Below are positions 9,107 to 17,337 of a stretch of 64,000 nt of DNA, piece after piece. The notes beneath the pieces are model-generated. The model did no database searches and was not told the origin of the DNA. It saw nothing but the letters and a program-made list of their open reading frames with translations. The position numbers and the translations under genes were made by a program. Source of the DNA: an uncultured Nitrospiraceae bacterium (lineage in GTDB: Bacteria; Nitrospirota; Thermodesulfovibrionia; Thermodesulfovibrionales; Dissulfurispiraceae). Every line of letters begins with the position of its first letter. The first letter of the stretch is position 1. The DNA lies in assembly GCA_963705105.1 (NCBI GenBank), contig CAVPIW010000014.1, positions 64,001-128,000 on the forward strand, read 5' to 3'.

Positions 9107-9661
9107 ATGATCGAGATCAGGATTCACGGACGTGGAGGTCAGGGGAATGTCGCAGCGGCTGAACTTTTGGCCGTTGCGGCGTTTCAGGACGGCAAATTCG
9201 CACAGGCCTTTCCCTCCTTCGGCGCCGAGAGGGTGGGAGCGCCTGTGCAGGCCTTTGTAAGGATCGACACGAAAAAGATCCGTCTCAGGGATGAAGTGAG
9301 GAGCCCCGACTACCTCATCGTCCAGGACCAGTTCCTGATCGAGACGGTGCCCGTTCTGGACGGACTGAAGCCGAACGGTCTTATCCTCGTCAACTCGGAG
9401 CGCTCCCCCGAGGAGCTGTTGATACGGACGACGGCGACGGTGGAGACCATACCCGCCACGGAGATAGCACTGGAGATCATCGGTCGTCCCATCCCCAATG
9501 CCATCATGGTCGGGACCTTCTGCGCCCTCACCGGCGTCGTCAGCCTGGAGGCCGTGCAGAAGGCGCTGATGGAGAAGTTTCCCGGCAGCGTGGGGGAGCA
9601 CAACATCGCGGCCCTCGAGCGGGCCCTTGAGATCCTGGAAAAGAGGAAACACTATGCTTAA
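9107..9661 (+). CDS. porC: Pyruvate/2-oxoacid:ferredoxin oxidoreductase gamma subunit
   Basis: MIEIRIHGRGGQG...FGAERVGAPV. Confidence 0.92.
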   Translation: MIEIRIHGRGGQGNVAAAELLAVAAFQDGKFAQAFPSFGAERVGAPVQAFVRIDTKKIRLRDEVRSPDYLIVQDQFLIETVPVLDGLKPNGLILVNSERSPEELLIRTTATVETIPATEIALEIIGRPIPNAIMVGTFCALTGVVSLEAVQKALMEKFPGSVGEHNIAALERALEILEKRKHYA

Positions 9662-10829
9662 GCAGATCGAAGGATCGCTGGCCGTTGCCGAAGTCGTAGC
9701 CTTCTGCCGGCCCAACGTCATTTCCGCATATCCGATCACCCCGCAGACGCACATCGTGGAGAATCTGGCGGAGCTCGTCGCGAAAGGCGCCCTGCAGACG
9801 GAGTTTGTGAACGTCGAAAGCGAGTTCGCCGCCGCGTCGGTCGTCCTGGGGGCGAGCGCCGCCGGCGCCAGGGCCTATACGGCAACGACCTCCCAGGGCT
9901 TACTGCTCATGAACGAGGTCATTTACTGCATCGCCGGCATGCGGCTGCCCATCGTGCTCACCTGCGCGAATCGTGCCATCTCGGCGCCCCTGAACATCTG
10001 GAACGACCACCAGGACTCCATGTCCGTGCGGGACGCCGGCTGGATACAGCTGCATTCCGAGGACAACCAGGAGGCGGCTGACCTGCACATGCACGCATTC
10101 CGGATTGCCGAGCAGACGCACCTGCCCGTCATGGTCTGCATGGACGGTTTCATCCTGACCCACGCCTATGAGCCGGTCGATATCCCGGAACAGCGTGAAG
10201 TGGACGACTTCCTGCCGGCTTTTCAGCCCCGGAACATCGTCGATCCCCGGTGGCCGAGGGGCCTGGGACTCTATGCCGATCCGCGGTTTTACATGGAGAC
10301 GAGGTATACGCTGCACCGGGCGATGGAGAAATCCGAGGACGTCATCAGCCGGGTGAGCGCCGACTTCGAAAAGGCCTTCGGCAGGCAGAGCGGAGGGCTC
10401 GTCAAGGCTTACAAGCTTGATCATGCCGACGTCGTCATCGTCGCCATGGGCTCCGTCGTGGGGACGATCAAGGACCTCATCGACAAACTCGAAGAGGAGG
10501 GCACGCGGGTGGGACTCCTGCAGATATGCTCCTTCCGCCCCTTCCCCCGGAGGACCGTCTACGAGCTCCTCCGTGACAAGCAGAACATCGTCGTCCTCGA
10601 GAAGGCCGTCTCCCTGGGAAGGGGAGGTATCCTGGCGAGTGACGTGCGGTGGTCCTTCCCGAGGGCCGAGCAGGCGAAACGGACTATCAGCAGCTTTATC
10701 GCCGGGCTCGGCGGGAGAAACATCTCCCTCGACGACCTCGGGTACATGGTTGACAAGGTTGCAAAGGAGCAGGTGGAGCTTGAGTTTTTAGGGCTCAGAA
10801 GAGAAATCATCGCGGAGAACGACCAATGA
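9654..10829 (+). CDS. porA: Pyruvate/2-oxoacid:ferredoxin oxidoreductase alpha subunit
   Basis: AYPITPQT, ESE and TATTSQGLLLM motifs. Confidence 0.93.
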   Translation: MLKQIEGSLAVAEVVAFCRPNVISAYPITPQTHIVENLAELVAKGALQTEFVNVESEFAAASVVLGASAAGARAYTATTSQGLLLMNEVIYCIAGMRLPIVLTCANRAISAPLNIWNDHQDSMSVRDAGWIQLHSEDNQEAADLHMHAFRIAEQTHLPVMVCMDGFILTHAYEPVDIPEQREVDDFLPAFQPRNIVDPRWPRGLGLYADPRFYMETRYTLHRAMEKSEDVISRVSADFEKAFGRQSGGLVKAYKLDHADVVIVAMGSVVGTIKDLIDKLEEEGTRVGLLQICSFRPFPRRTVYELLRDKQNIVVLEKAVSLGRGGILASDVRWSFPRAEQAKRTISSFIAGLGGRNISLDDLGYMVDKVAKEQVELEFLGLRREIIAENDQ

Positions 10830-11707
10830 GAGACGACATAGACAAAGTGGAGAAGAAGGACCTCTTTGCGAGCGGCCACCGCGCCTGCGGCGGGTGCGGT
10901 CAGGCCCTGGCGGCGCGGCTCGTCGCCGACGCCGCCGGGGAAAATACGATCGCCTGTGTTGCCACGGGCTGCCTCGAAGTGTTCAGCTCACCCTATCCGG
11001 ACCCCGCCTGGCGGATACCTTTCCTGCACAGCCTCTTTGAGAACGCCGCCGCCGTGGCTTCAGGCGTGGAGGCCGCCTATAAGGCCCTGAACAAGGGGCC
11101 GGTCAACATCATCGCCCAGGGCGGAGACGGCAGCACGTCGGACATAGGATTTCAATGCATGAGCGGCATGTTCGAGAGGGGCCACAACGTCCTGTATGTC
11201 TGTTACGACAACGAGGCTTACATGAACACCGGCGTCCAGCGGTCCGGCTTCACACCCCACGGCGCGCGGACGACGACCACGCCGGCGGGAAACAAGGGAT
11301 TCAAGAAGAACATGCCGATGATCGCGTCGGCCCACCGCATCCCCTATATCGCCACCTGTACCGTCGACGATTACCGGGACCTGCAGCGGAAGGTCAAGAC
11401 AGCCCTCTCGATCGAGGGGCCGAAGTACCTGCACATCCTGGCGCCCTGTCCCCTCGGCTGGGGGCATACGGGCGATCTGACCGTGCAGATCTGCCGCCTC
11501 GCAAAACAGACCTGCCTGTTTCCCGTCTACGAGATACGGGACGGCAAGATCACGAACGTCCAGAAGGTGCCCGCAAAGAAACCCGTCGATGAATACCTGA
11601 AATTGCAGGGCCGGTTCCGGCACCTCTTCAAGAAAGGGGTCCCGACGCCGGTCGTGGCTGAAATCCAGGCCGTTGCCGATTCCAACACAGAGAGGTTCAA
11701 CCTATGA
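10826..11707 (+). CDS. porB: Pyruvate/2-oxoacid:ferredoxin oxidoreductase beta subunit
   Basis: GHRACGGCG; GGDG...DNEAYMNTG TPP-binding motif. Confidence 0.93.
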   Translation: MRDDIDKVEKKDLFASGHRACGGCGQALAARLVADAAGENTIACVATGCLEVFSSPYPDPAWRIPFLHSLFENAAAVASGVEAAYKALNKGPVNIIAQGGDGSTSDIGFQCMSGMFERGHNVLYVCYDNEAYMNTGVQRSGFTPHGARTTTTPAGNKGFKKNMPMIASAHRIPYIATCTVDDYRDLQRKVKTALSIEGPKYLHILAPCPLGWGHTGDLTVQICRLAKQTCLFPVYEIRDGKITNVQKVPAKKPVDEYLKLQGRFRHLFKKGVPTPVVAEIQAVADSNTERFNL

Positions 11708-13362
11708 GCGATACACTACCTTTGGGCTTAGCACTCGACCTGCGGAAGGTCGTACCGTACAAGACCGGTTCGTGGAGGACCCTCAAGCCGATCAATATCA
11801 TGCAGACTCCTCCCTGCACCGCCAACTGCCCCATCGGCAACGATATCAGGGGGTTTTTGCGGACCCTGGCGTCTGCGAATAATTATGATGAGGCATGGCA
11901 CGTGCTGACAAGGACCAATCCCCTGCCGTCGACGTGCGGCAGGGTCTGCCCTCATCCCTGCGAATCAGGGTGCAACCGGAGGGATTTTGACTTTCCGTTG
12001 GCGATAAACTGCGCCGAAAGGGCTGTGGGAGACTACGGCCTGGATCGTCGTCTCGAACACCGGAAGGCCATCACCGTGACGAGGAAGGAGAAGATCGCCG
12101 TTGTCGGCTCAGGCCCGGCGGGGTTGTCCTGCGCCTTCCATCTCACCAAGAGAGGGTTCAAGGTGAAGATTTTCGAGGCGGAAAACGAGCCCGGCGGCAT
12201 GATGAGGTGGGGCATCCCTTCCTACCGCCTGCCCAAGGACGTGCTGCAGAGCGAGATCGACAAGATCCTCAGGCTCGGCATCGAGATCGAGTGCAACGTC
12301 AAGGTCGGTGTGAACATACCTATGGACCAGCTCATATTTGAAAACGATGCCGTGTTCCTTGGTCTCGGAGCCAAGCAGGGCATTGAGCTGAACATCCCCG
12401 GCGAGAACGGGGAGAACGTCTACCCGGGAGTGGAATTCCTCAGGCTCATCAACGGCGGCGCCCGGCTGAACATCGGCAAGGAAGTCGTTGTCGTCGGGGG
12501 CGGCAATACCGCCATGGACTGTGCACGCGTCGCCAAGCGGCTGGGCGCCAATGTCACCATCGTCTACCGCAGGACGAGGATCGAGATGCCTGCCATCACC
12601 GCCGAGATCGATGAAGCCATGGACGAGCGCATCATGTTCCGCTACCACACCAATCCCGTCAAGATCATCATCGACGAGAACAAGGTTTACGGCGTTCTCT
12701 GCGTGCAGATGGAGCTGAAGGAGGCCGACGCAAGCGGACGGGCCCGTCCCGTTCCCGTCTCCGGCTCCGAGTTCGTTATCCCCGCCGACACCGTCATCAT
12801 GGCGACGGGCCAGGCCGTGGATTACGACGGCATCGACGTCCAGAAAAGGGACAACCGGTGGATCGACGTGAACGAGTTCGCCATGACGAGCCGGGATAAG
12901 GTCTTTGCGGGAGGCGACGCTGCAACGGGGCTCGAGACGGTCTCAGCGGCCATCGGGCAGGGTCTGCGGGCGGCCTCGGCGATCGAGGACCACATCGAGG
13001 GACACATCCCGCAGCAGTTTTCACGCCCTCCCGTCGTCTACTCGAAGGACCTCAACACATACTATTACGAGCCGGGACGGCGGTATGAGAAGCAGCCCGT
13101 GCCGGTGCATTTGAGGCTGAAGAATTTCGACGAGATCTATCGTCCCTATGACCGTGAGGAGATCGCCGGTGAAGCGGGTCGCTGCTTCAGCTGCGGCCTC
13201 TGCTTTCAGTGCAACAACTGCCTCATGTACTGTCCGGACAATGCCGTCAAGCTGTCGCCCGTGACGGGGAAGTTCGAGTTCGACTACGACTTCTGCAAGG
13301 GCTGCGGTCTCTGCTCGCGGGAGTGCCCGTGTCATTACATCCAGATGAACCTTGAGAAATAG
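11704..13362 (+). CDS. FAD/NAD(P)H iron-sulfur oxidoreductase (GltD/DsrL-like) with PorD-like termini
   Basis: KTGSWR, PPCTANCP, CGRVCPHPCE, GSGPAG, GGGNTAMD, YRR; C-terminal 2x[4Fe-4S] Cys motifs. Confidence 0.85.
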   Translation: MSDTLPLGLALDLRKVVPYKTGSWRTLKPINIMQTPPCTANCPIGNDIRGFLRTLASANNYDEAWHVLTRTNPLPSTCGRVCPHPCESGCNRRDFDFPLAINCAERAVGDYGLDRRLEHRKAITVTRKEKIAVVGSGPAGLSCAFHLTKRGFKVKIFEAENEPGGMMRWGIPSYRLPKDVLQSEIDKILRLGIEIECNVKVGVNIPMDQLIFENDAVFLGLGAKQGIELNIPGENGENVYPGVEFLRLINGGARLNIGKEVVVVGGGNTAMDCARVAKRLGANVTIVYRRTRIEMPAITAEIDEAMDERIMFRYHTNPVKIIIDENKVYGVLCVQMELKEADASGRARPVPVSGSEFVIPADTVIMATGQAVDYDGIDVQKRDNRWIDVNEFAMTSRDKVFAGGDAATGLETVSAAIGQGLRAASAIEDHIEGHIPQQFSRPPVVYSKDLNTYYYEPGRRYEKQPVPVHLRLKNFDEIYRPYDREEIAGEAGRCFSCGLCFQCNNCLMYCPDNAVKLSPVTGKFEFDYDFCKGCGLCSRECPCHYIQMNLEK

Positions 13363-13374
13363 GGGGCGCCGGTA

Positions 13375-13590
13375 TCCAAAATAAGCCGGCACGAGGATAG
13401 GGCATGATTTCTTCGCAAAATAAATTACCTTTGCGCTTGTGCATATCTTGTTATGCAGATATACGCTTTCGCAGATACACTGTGCGGCTCCCGCTTCGGC
13501 TTGCGCCTTCGACTCCCGCCGCCGTTCACGTTACCCGTGAATTTTGCTTCAGAAACCAAACCCTATCCTCGTTTTCAAGGTCCCGCTGCA
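13375..13590. repeat. Intergenic repeat family B
   Basis: TCCAAAATA...CGAGGATAGGG / CCCTATCCTCG; homologous to 59661-59973 and 28763-29063. Confidence 0.6.
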
Positions 13591-13647
13591 GTCATGTGAA
13601 CTGAGGCAGGAAACGTGAGAACGGCGAGGAAGGAGAAAGCTGACGCG

Positions 13648-14160
13648 GTGAGAAGAAACGTGCTTCTCTTCGCGCTGGCTCTCCTCTACGCCTGTGTGCC
13701 CTACAGCGGTATCGTGACGCAGCAGGTCGGCTCCATCGATCCAAATCCCTCATATACGCTCATCCTCTACGGAGGGCGGTACAGCGACGACATCGAAAAC
13801 CTCGCCATTCTCGATCCCGAGGATGATCCCTACAAGTTCGAGATATACGCGCCTGACTTTGACTACCGGGTCTACCCGCATGTTTCCGCTCAGGAGGCCC
13901 TTGAGAGGGCGGAAAAACATGTGGGATTTCACCCTTCCTTCCGGCGTTCCATGCTCAGCCGCATACCCGATCCGCAGGGCAGGACGATCGGCTATGAAGT
14001 GAGACCGTTGTACGCGACGATTGATTTCCGCTATTCCGACGTCCTCGATGTCCATTACCAGATACGTGACGATAAGGTCATCGTCAGGATCAGGCTCATT
14101 GACGAGGTGAGACGGTTGCGGGACGGTGACGGACCGATGATCCTCCGGGGCCGGCGATAA
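13648..14160 (+). CDS. Hypothetical lipoprotein
   Basis: GTG start after AAGGAG; lipobox LYAC; start uncertain. Confidence 0.7.
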   Translation: MRRNVLLFALALLYACVPYSGIVTQQVGSIDPNPSYTLILYGGRYSDDIENLAILDPEDDPYKFEIYAPDFDYRVYPHVSAQEALERAEKHVGFHPSFRRSMLSRIPDPQGRTIGYEVRPLYATIDFRYSDVLDVHYQIRDDKVIVRIRLIDEVRRLRDGDGPMILRGRR

Positions 14161-14166
14161 TTCAAG

Positions 14167-14332
14167 CTTGACGACCTCGTAAAAAGCCTTACACAGCACT
14201 ATTCTGTCATTCCCGTGCAGACGGGAATCCAGTCCTTTCAGGTAGTTATTTGTATTCTGGATACCCGCTCCCCGCTTACTATCCGCGGGGACAAGCTTCG
14301 CGGATATGACGACTTTTTACGAGATCGTCAAG
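14167..14332. mobile_element. MITE-like element (family C) containing a GTCATTCCC-type palindrome
   Basis: 20-bp TIR CTTGACGACCTCGTAAAAAG / CTTTTTACGAGATCGTCAAG (1 mismatch); degenerate relative at about 17143-17245. Confidence 0.7.
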
Positions 14333-14562
14333 ATTCGGTGTTGGGACGATAATCTGTATGGTTTCTGTGTACCAAATTACATACATACGTAGTTCTCAGC
14401 ACTCCTGTTAAACGCTGCAATCTGTAATACTCTTTTAAATTCAATTACCTGCAAAGCCTGGTCTTGCTGGCATAACATTTGATACGCTAACCGTGGGGAA
14501 AAGGGGAGGTCTGCACGACGATAATCGCGCCACGTATTGCGTCAAAGCAGGAGGTGTCCATT

Positions 14563-14619
14563 ATGTTGGAATTACTTATCGTAGCAATTGCATGCATCCT
14601 TGTCGGCATGATGCAGTGA
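14563..14619 (+). CDS. 18-aa hydrophobic small peptide
   Basis: AGGAGGT RBS, then MLELLIVAIACILVGMMQ*. Confidence 0.45.
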   Translation: MLELLIVAIACILVGMMQ

Positions 14620-14653
14620 GCCGCCGCAGGCTCTCCCTCAAGGAGCTGCATTC

Positions 14654-14719
14654 TGTAGGGGCCGTTGCCCGAACGGTCCGATCTCGATAAATCGGTCTGC
14701 TCGGGGAGCAGACCCTACA
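14654..14719. repeat. Inverted GTAG-type REP doublet
   Basis: TGTAGGGGCCGTTGCCCGAACGGTCC...GGTCTGCTCGGGGAGCAGACCCTACA; same doublet inside the repeats at 28787 and 36679. Confidence 0.7.
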
Positions 14720-14779
14720 GTAACTCCTGCCTTTATCGGCAGACTTGAGGCGCGTCGCCCCGCACATGTGTAACCGGGA

Positions 14780-15598
14780 TCAATTGAAGTATCGTGATAT
14801 GTACCTGTCGAGCCCCTCGGTATAGAGGCTCCCGGAGATGAGAAACCCCTCGTTGTGGCCGCCGGCGATCCTGAGAAACTCTTTCGGCTCTGACGCTTTT
14901 TCATAAAGCGCCATACCCTGCTGAAAGGGGACGATCTCGTCGCCGGGGCTGTGAATAAAGAGCTTGGGGATCGTGATCCGTCCGACCTTTTCGATCGTCT
15001 CGTAACGGTGCCGCGCCAGGAGCCTCACGGGCAGATAGGGAAAATACCGCTGCCCCAGGTCGGCGACGGAGGTGAAGCCGGATTCGACGATGAGTGCGCC
15101 GGCCCGGTGGCTGAGGGCGATCTCCGCCGCGACGGCGCTGCCGAGGGACCGCCCAAAAAGGATGATCTGCTCAGGGGAAACCCCCTTTTGTTGCACGAGA
15201 TACGTCCACCCCGCCTCAGCATCCCTGTAGGTACCCTGCTCCGACGGTTTGCCTTCGCTCCTGCCGTATCCACGGTAGTCGAAGATAAGGACGGCCAGAC
15301 CAAGTTGGTGAAAGATCCGGATCGAATCGAGGCGGTGGGAGATATTACCGGCGTTGCCGTGACAGAAGAGGACGGTGCCACGGGCGCCTTCACGGGGAAT
15401 GTACCATGCCGATATCTTCAGTCCGTCCTTCGTTTCGAGGACGATGTCTTCATAGCCCAATCCGATGTCCGCAGGCGTCGCGTCGATCTGTTTCATCGGG
15501 TAGTAGAGCAGCCCGTCCTGCCTCAGATAGGTGAAGAGGAGGATCGCCCCGTATCCGATGATGAGGACGAGGAGAAACGTTGTCAGCATTTTCATCAT
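14780..15598 (-). CDS. Alpha/beta hydrolase (Bem46/ABHD13-like)
   Basis: HGNAGN, DYRGYGRS, GRSLG nucleophile motif; N-terminal TM. Confidence 0.9.
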   Translation of the reverse strand: MMKMLTTFLLVLIIGYGAILLFTYLRQDGLLYYPMKQIDATPADIGLGYEDIVLETKDGLKISAWYIPREGARGTVLFCHGNAGNISHRLDSIRIFHQLGLAVLIFDYRGYGRSEGKPSEQGTYRDAEAGWTYLVQQKGVSPEQIILFGRSLGSAVAAEIALSHRAGALIVESGFTSVADLGQRYFPYLPVRLLARHRYETIEKVGRITIPKLFIHSPGDEIVPFQQGMALYEKASEPKEFLRIAGGHNEGFLISGSLYTEGLDRYISRYFN

Positions 15599-15700
15599 GC
15601 CTTCCCTTCCTATGATAATCGATTTCACCTCCCTTTTCGCCTTTTCCGCCGCAAAAGGCTTCATCTTTTCTGCTGATCTGATACAATATCCTCACTTGAT

Positions 15701-15963
15701 CGTTGCAGTACACTCGCGGGAAAGGCGGGGAGTATGCGCCGAAAACCTTGCTGCGGCGACACCTGTCTCAAGACGAAAGACGAACTATGAGCCAATGGTC
15801 GATGACACAAAGAGTGGATTCCTGTAGGGGCCGTTCCCCGAACGGTCCGACATCGATGAAGCTATTTCAGGCCGACGGCTGAAAAAGGTGAACTTTTTGC
15901 TGACACTCACACTGTCACTGACACTGTATTTCAGAGCGCTTCGCCCCGCTTTTTCATGCAACG
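15701..15963 (+). repeat. Modular MITE-like repeat family A
   Basis: CGTTGCA...AAGGCGGGG / CCCCGC...TGCAACG ends; internal REP and ACACTG hexamers. Confidence 0.85.
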
Positions 15964-15990
15964 GCCAGGTTCACACACGGAGGATATGAC

Positions 15991-16509
15991 ATGAAAAATG
16001 TTGCGCGGACAGTGAGACTGCTTGTCTGGATCGTCATGTTGCCGACCCTCGTCGCCTGCGCACAGCAGCAGGATCAGCCCTCGATCGGAAGCCCTTTCCC
16101 CCAGTGTGATCTCCGCAACCTCAAGGGCGAGCAGACCAAAATCCCCGGCGACTTCCGGGGGAAGGTCCTGATTATACGGTTCTGGTCAGACTGCTGCTCC
16201 TACAACATCCATGAGATGGAAGGCCTTGATGCCGTGCTCGCGAAATATCGTGACAGGGGGCTCGCCATCGTGACGGTCTACGAGGGCAAGGCGAAAGGAG
16301 CCGCGGAGCAGTTTGTAAAGGACCTCAAGATACCCTACCCCGTCCTCCTCGACTCAGGAACGCTTGCAGCCAGGAATTGCGGCGTCACGACCCTGCCGAC
16401 GACGTACATTCTCGATAAAACAGGCGTCATCAGGGAGAAGATCACCGGTGAGTCACCGAAGGATGTTTGGACCGGAAAATATGACAGGCTCATCGGCTCT
16501 CTTCTCTGA
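15991..16509 (+). CDS. TlpA/ResA-like thioredoxin-fold lipoprotein
   Basis: Lipobox LVAC; GKVLIIRFW...LPTTYILD; atypical active site. Confidence 0.8.
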   Translation: MKNVARTVRLLVWIVMLPTLVACAQQQDQPSIGSPFPQCDLRNLKGEQTKIPGDFRGKVLIIRFWSDCCSYNIHEMEGLDAVLAKYRDRGLAIVTVYEGKAKGAAEQFVKDLKIPYPVLLDSGTLAARNCGVTTLPTTYILDKTGVIREKITGESPKDVWTGKYDRLIGSLL

Positions 16510-16518
16510 ATCTCTCTT

Positions 16519-17133
16519 GTGGGCAACCATTACCCGAATTTTGACTCTTTGCTCGCCCATGAGCGCGATGAAGTGGACTACCGTATCCGCTCCCTCATTC
16601 GACGGGCCGCCGTCCTGATCATGGCCCCGCACGGCGGGGGCATCGAGCCAGGCACGTCCGAGATCGCCCTCGCCATAGCGGGAGAGGACCATTCCCTGTT
16701 CATGTTCGAGGGCATCAAGGCAAGTGGCAACTGGAGGCTCCATATCGCCAGTGATCGGTATAACCTACCCCAGGCATGCACAATGGCGCGCAATTGCGAT
16801 CGGCTGGTGTCGATTCACGGTTGCCGTGAGGAGGATGCGATCATATACGTCGGAGGCCTCGATATGGACCTCGGGCAGCATATCCGTAAGGAGCTGATTG
16901 CCGACGGCTTCGCCGTTGATGTCTCTCCCCGTTCGGGCCTGGGCGGAAGGGCTCAGGGGAACATCTGCAACGGCAACAGCCGGGGTGCGGGCGTGCAGCT
17001 GGAGATTTCAAGAGGTCAAAGAAAAAGGATGTTCAGGGAGCTCGCCGCTCACGCCCGGGGGGAAGTGACGGATGTCTTTTCCCGGTTTTGTGAAGCTGTC
17101 CGGGCCGCGATCGCAATGGCGCAAAGAGGATGA
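16519..17133 (+). CDS. Poly-gamma-glutamate hydrolase family (PghP/DUF867)
   Basis: APHGGGIEPGTSE, SIHG, NICN and GVQLEIS motifs. Confidence 0.88.
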   Translation: MGNHYPNFDSLLAHERDEVDYRIRSLIRRAAVLIMAPHGGGIEPGTSEIALAIAGEDHSLFMFEGIKASGNWRLHIASDRYNLPQACTMARNCDRLVSIHGCREEDAIIYVGGLDMDLGQHIRKELIADGFAVDVSPRSGLGGRAQGNICNGNSRGAGVQLEISRGQRKRMFRELAAHARGEVTDVFSRFCEAVRAAIAMAQRG

Positions 17134-17280
17134 AATGAAGAAGACGACCTCGTAAGAATAACCCCACCCATCGCTTGTCCGTCATTCCCACGTGTCGGGA
17201 ATCTCGCTTCAAGAAGGATCCCGGACGAGCCGGGATGACAGATTAGGATTGACGCATGTCACATAACGAACTCATTCGCA

Positions 17281-17310
17281 AAAAAGAAGGGGGGCATCTC
17301 TGCCCCCCGG
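17281..17310 (-). terminator. Rho-independent terminator of cytochrome copy 2
   Basis: GGGGGGCA-GAGA-TGCCCCCC followed by TTCTTTTT; identical copy at 21423-21452. Confidence 0.75.
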
Positions 17311-17337
17311 TTGTGAGTTGACTGATGTAATGTGCCT

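Noticed and set aside
11704..13362. Calling this gene dsrL or gltD
   Set aside because: No dsr or gltB genes are adjacent; it is translationally coupled to porB
15890..15930. ACACTG/ACACTC hexamer runs and REP repeats as a CRISPR array
   Set aside because: No regular repeat-spacer periodicity and no cas genes; these are arms of dispersed repeats
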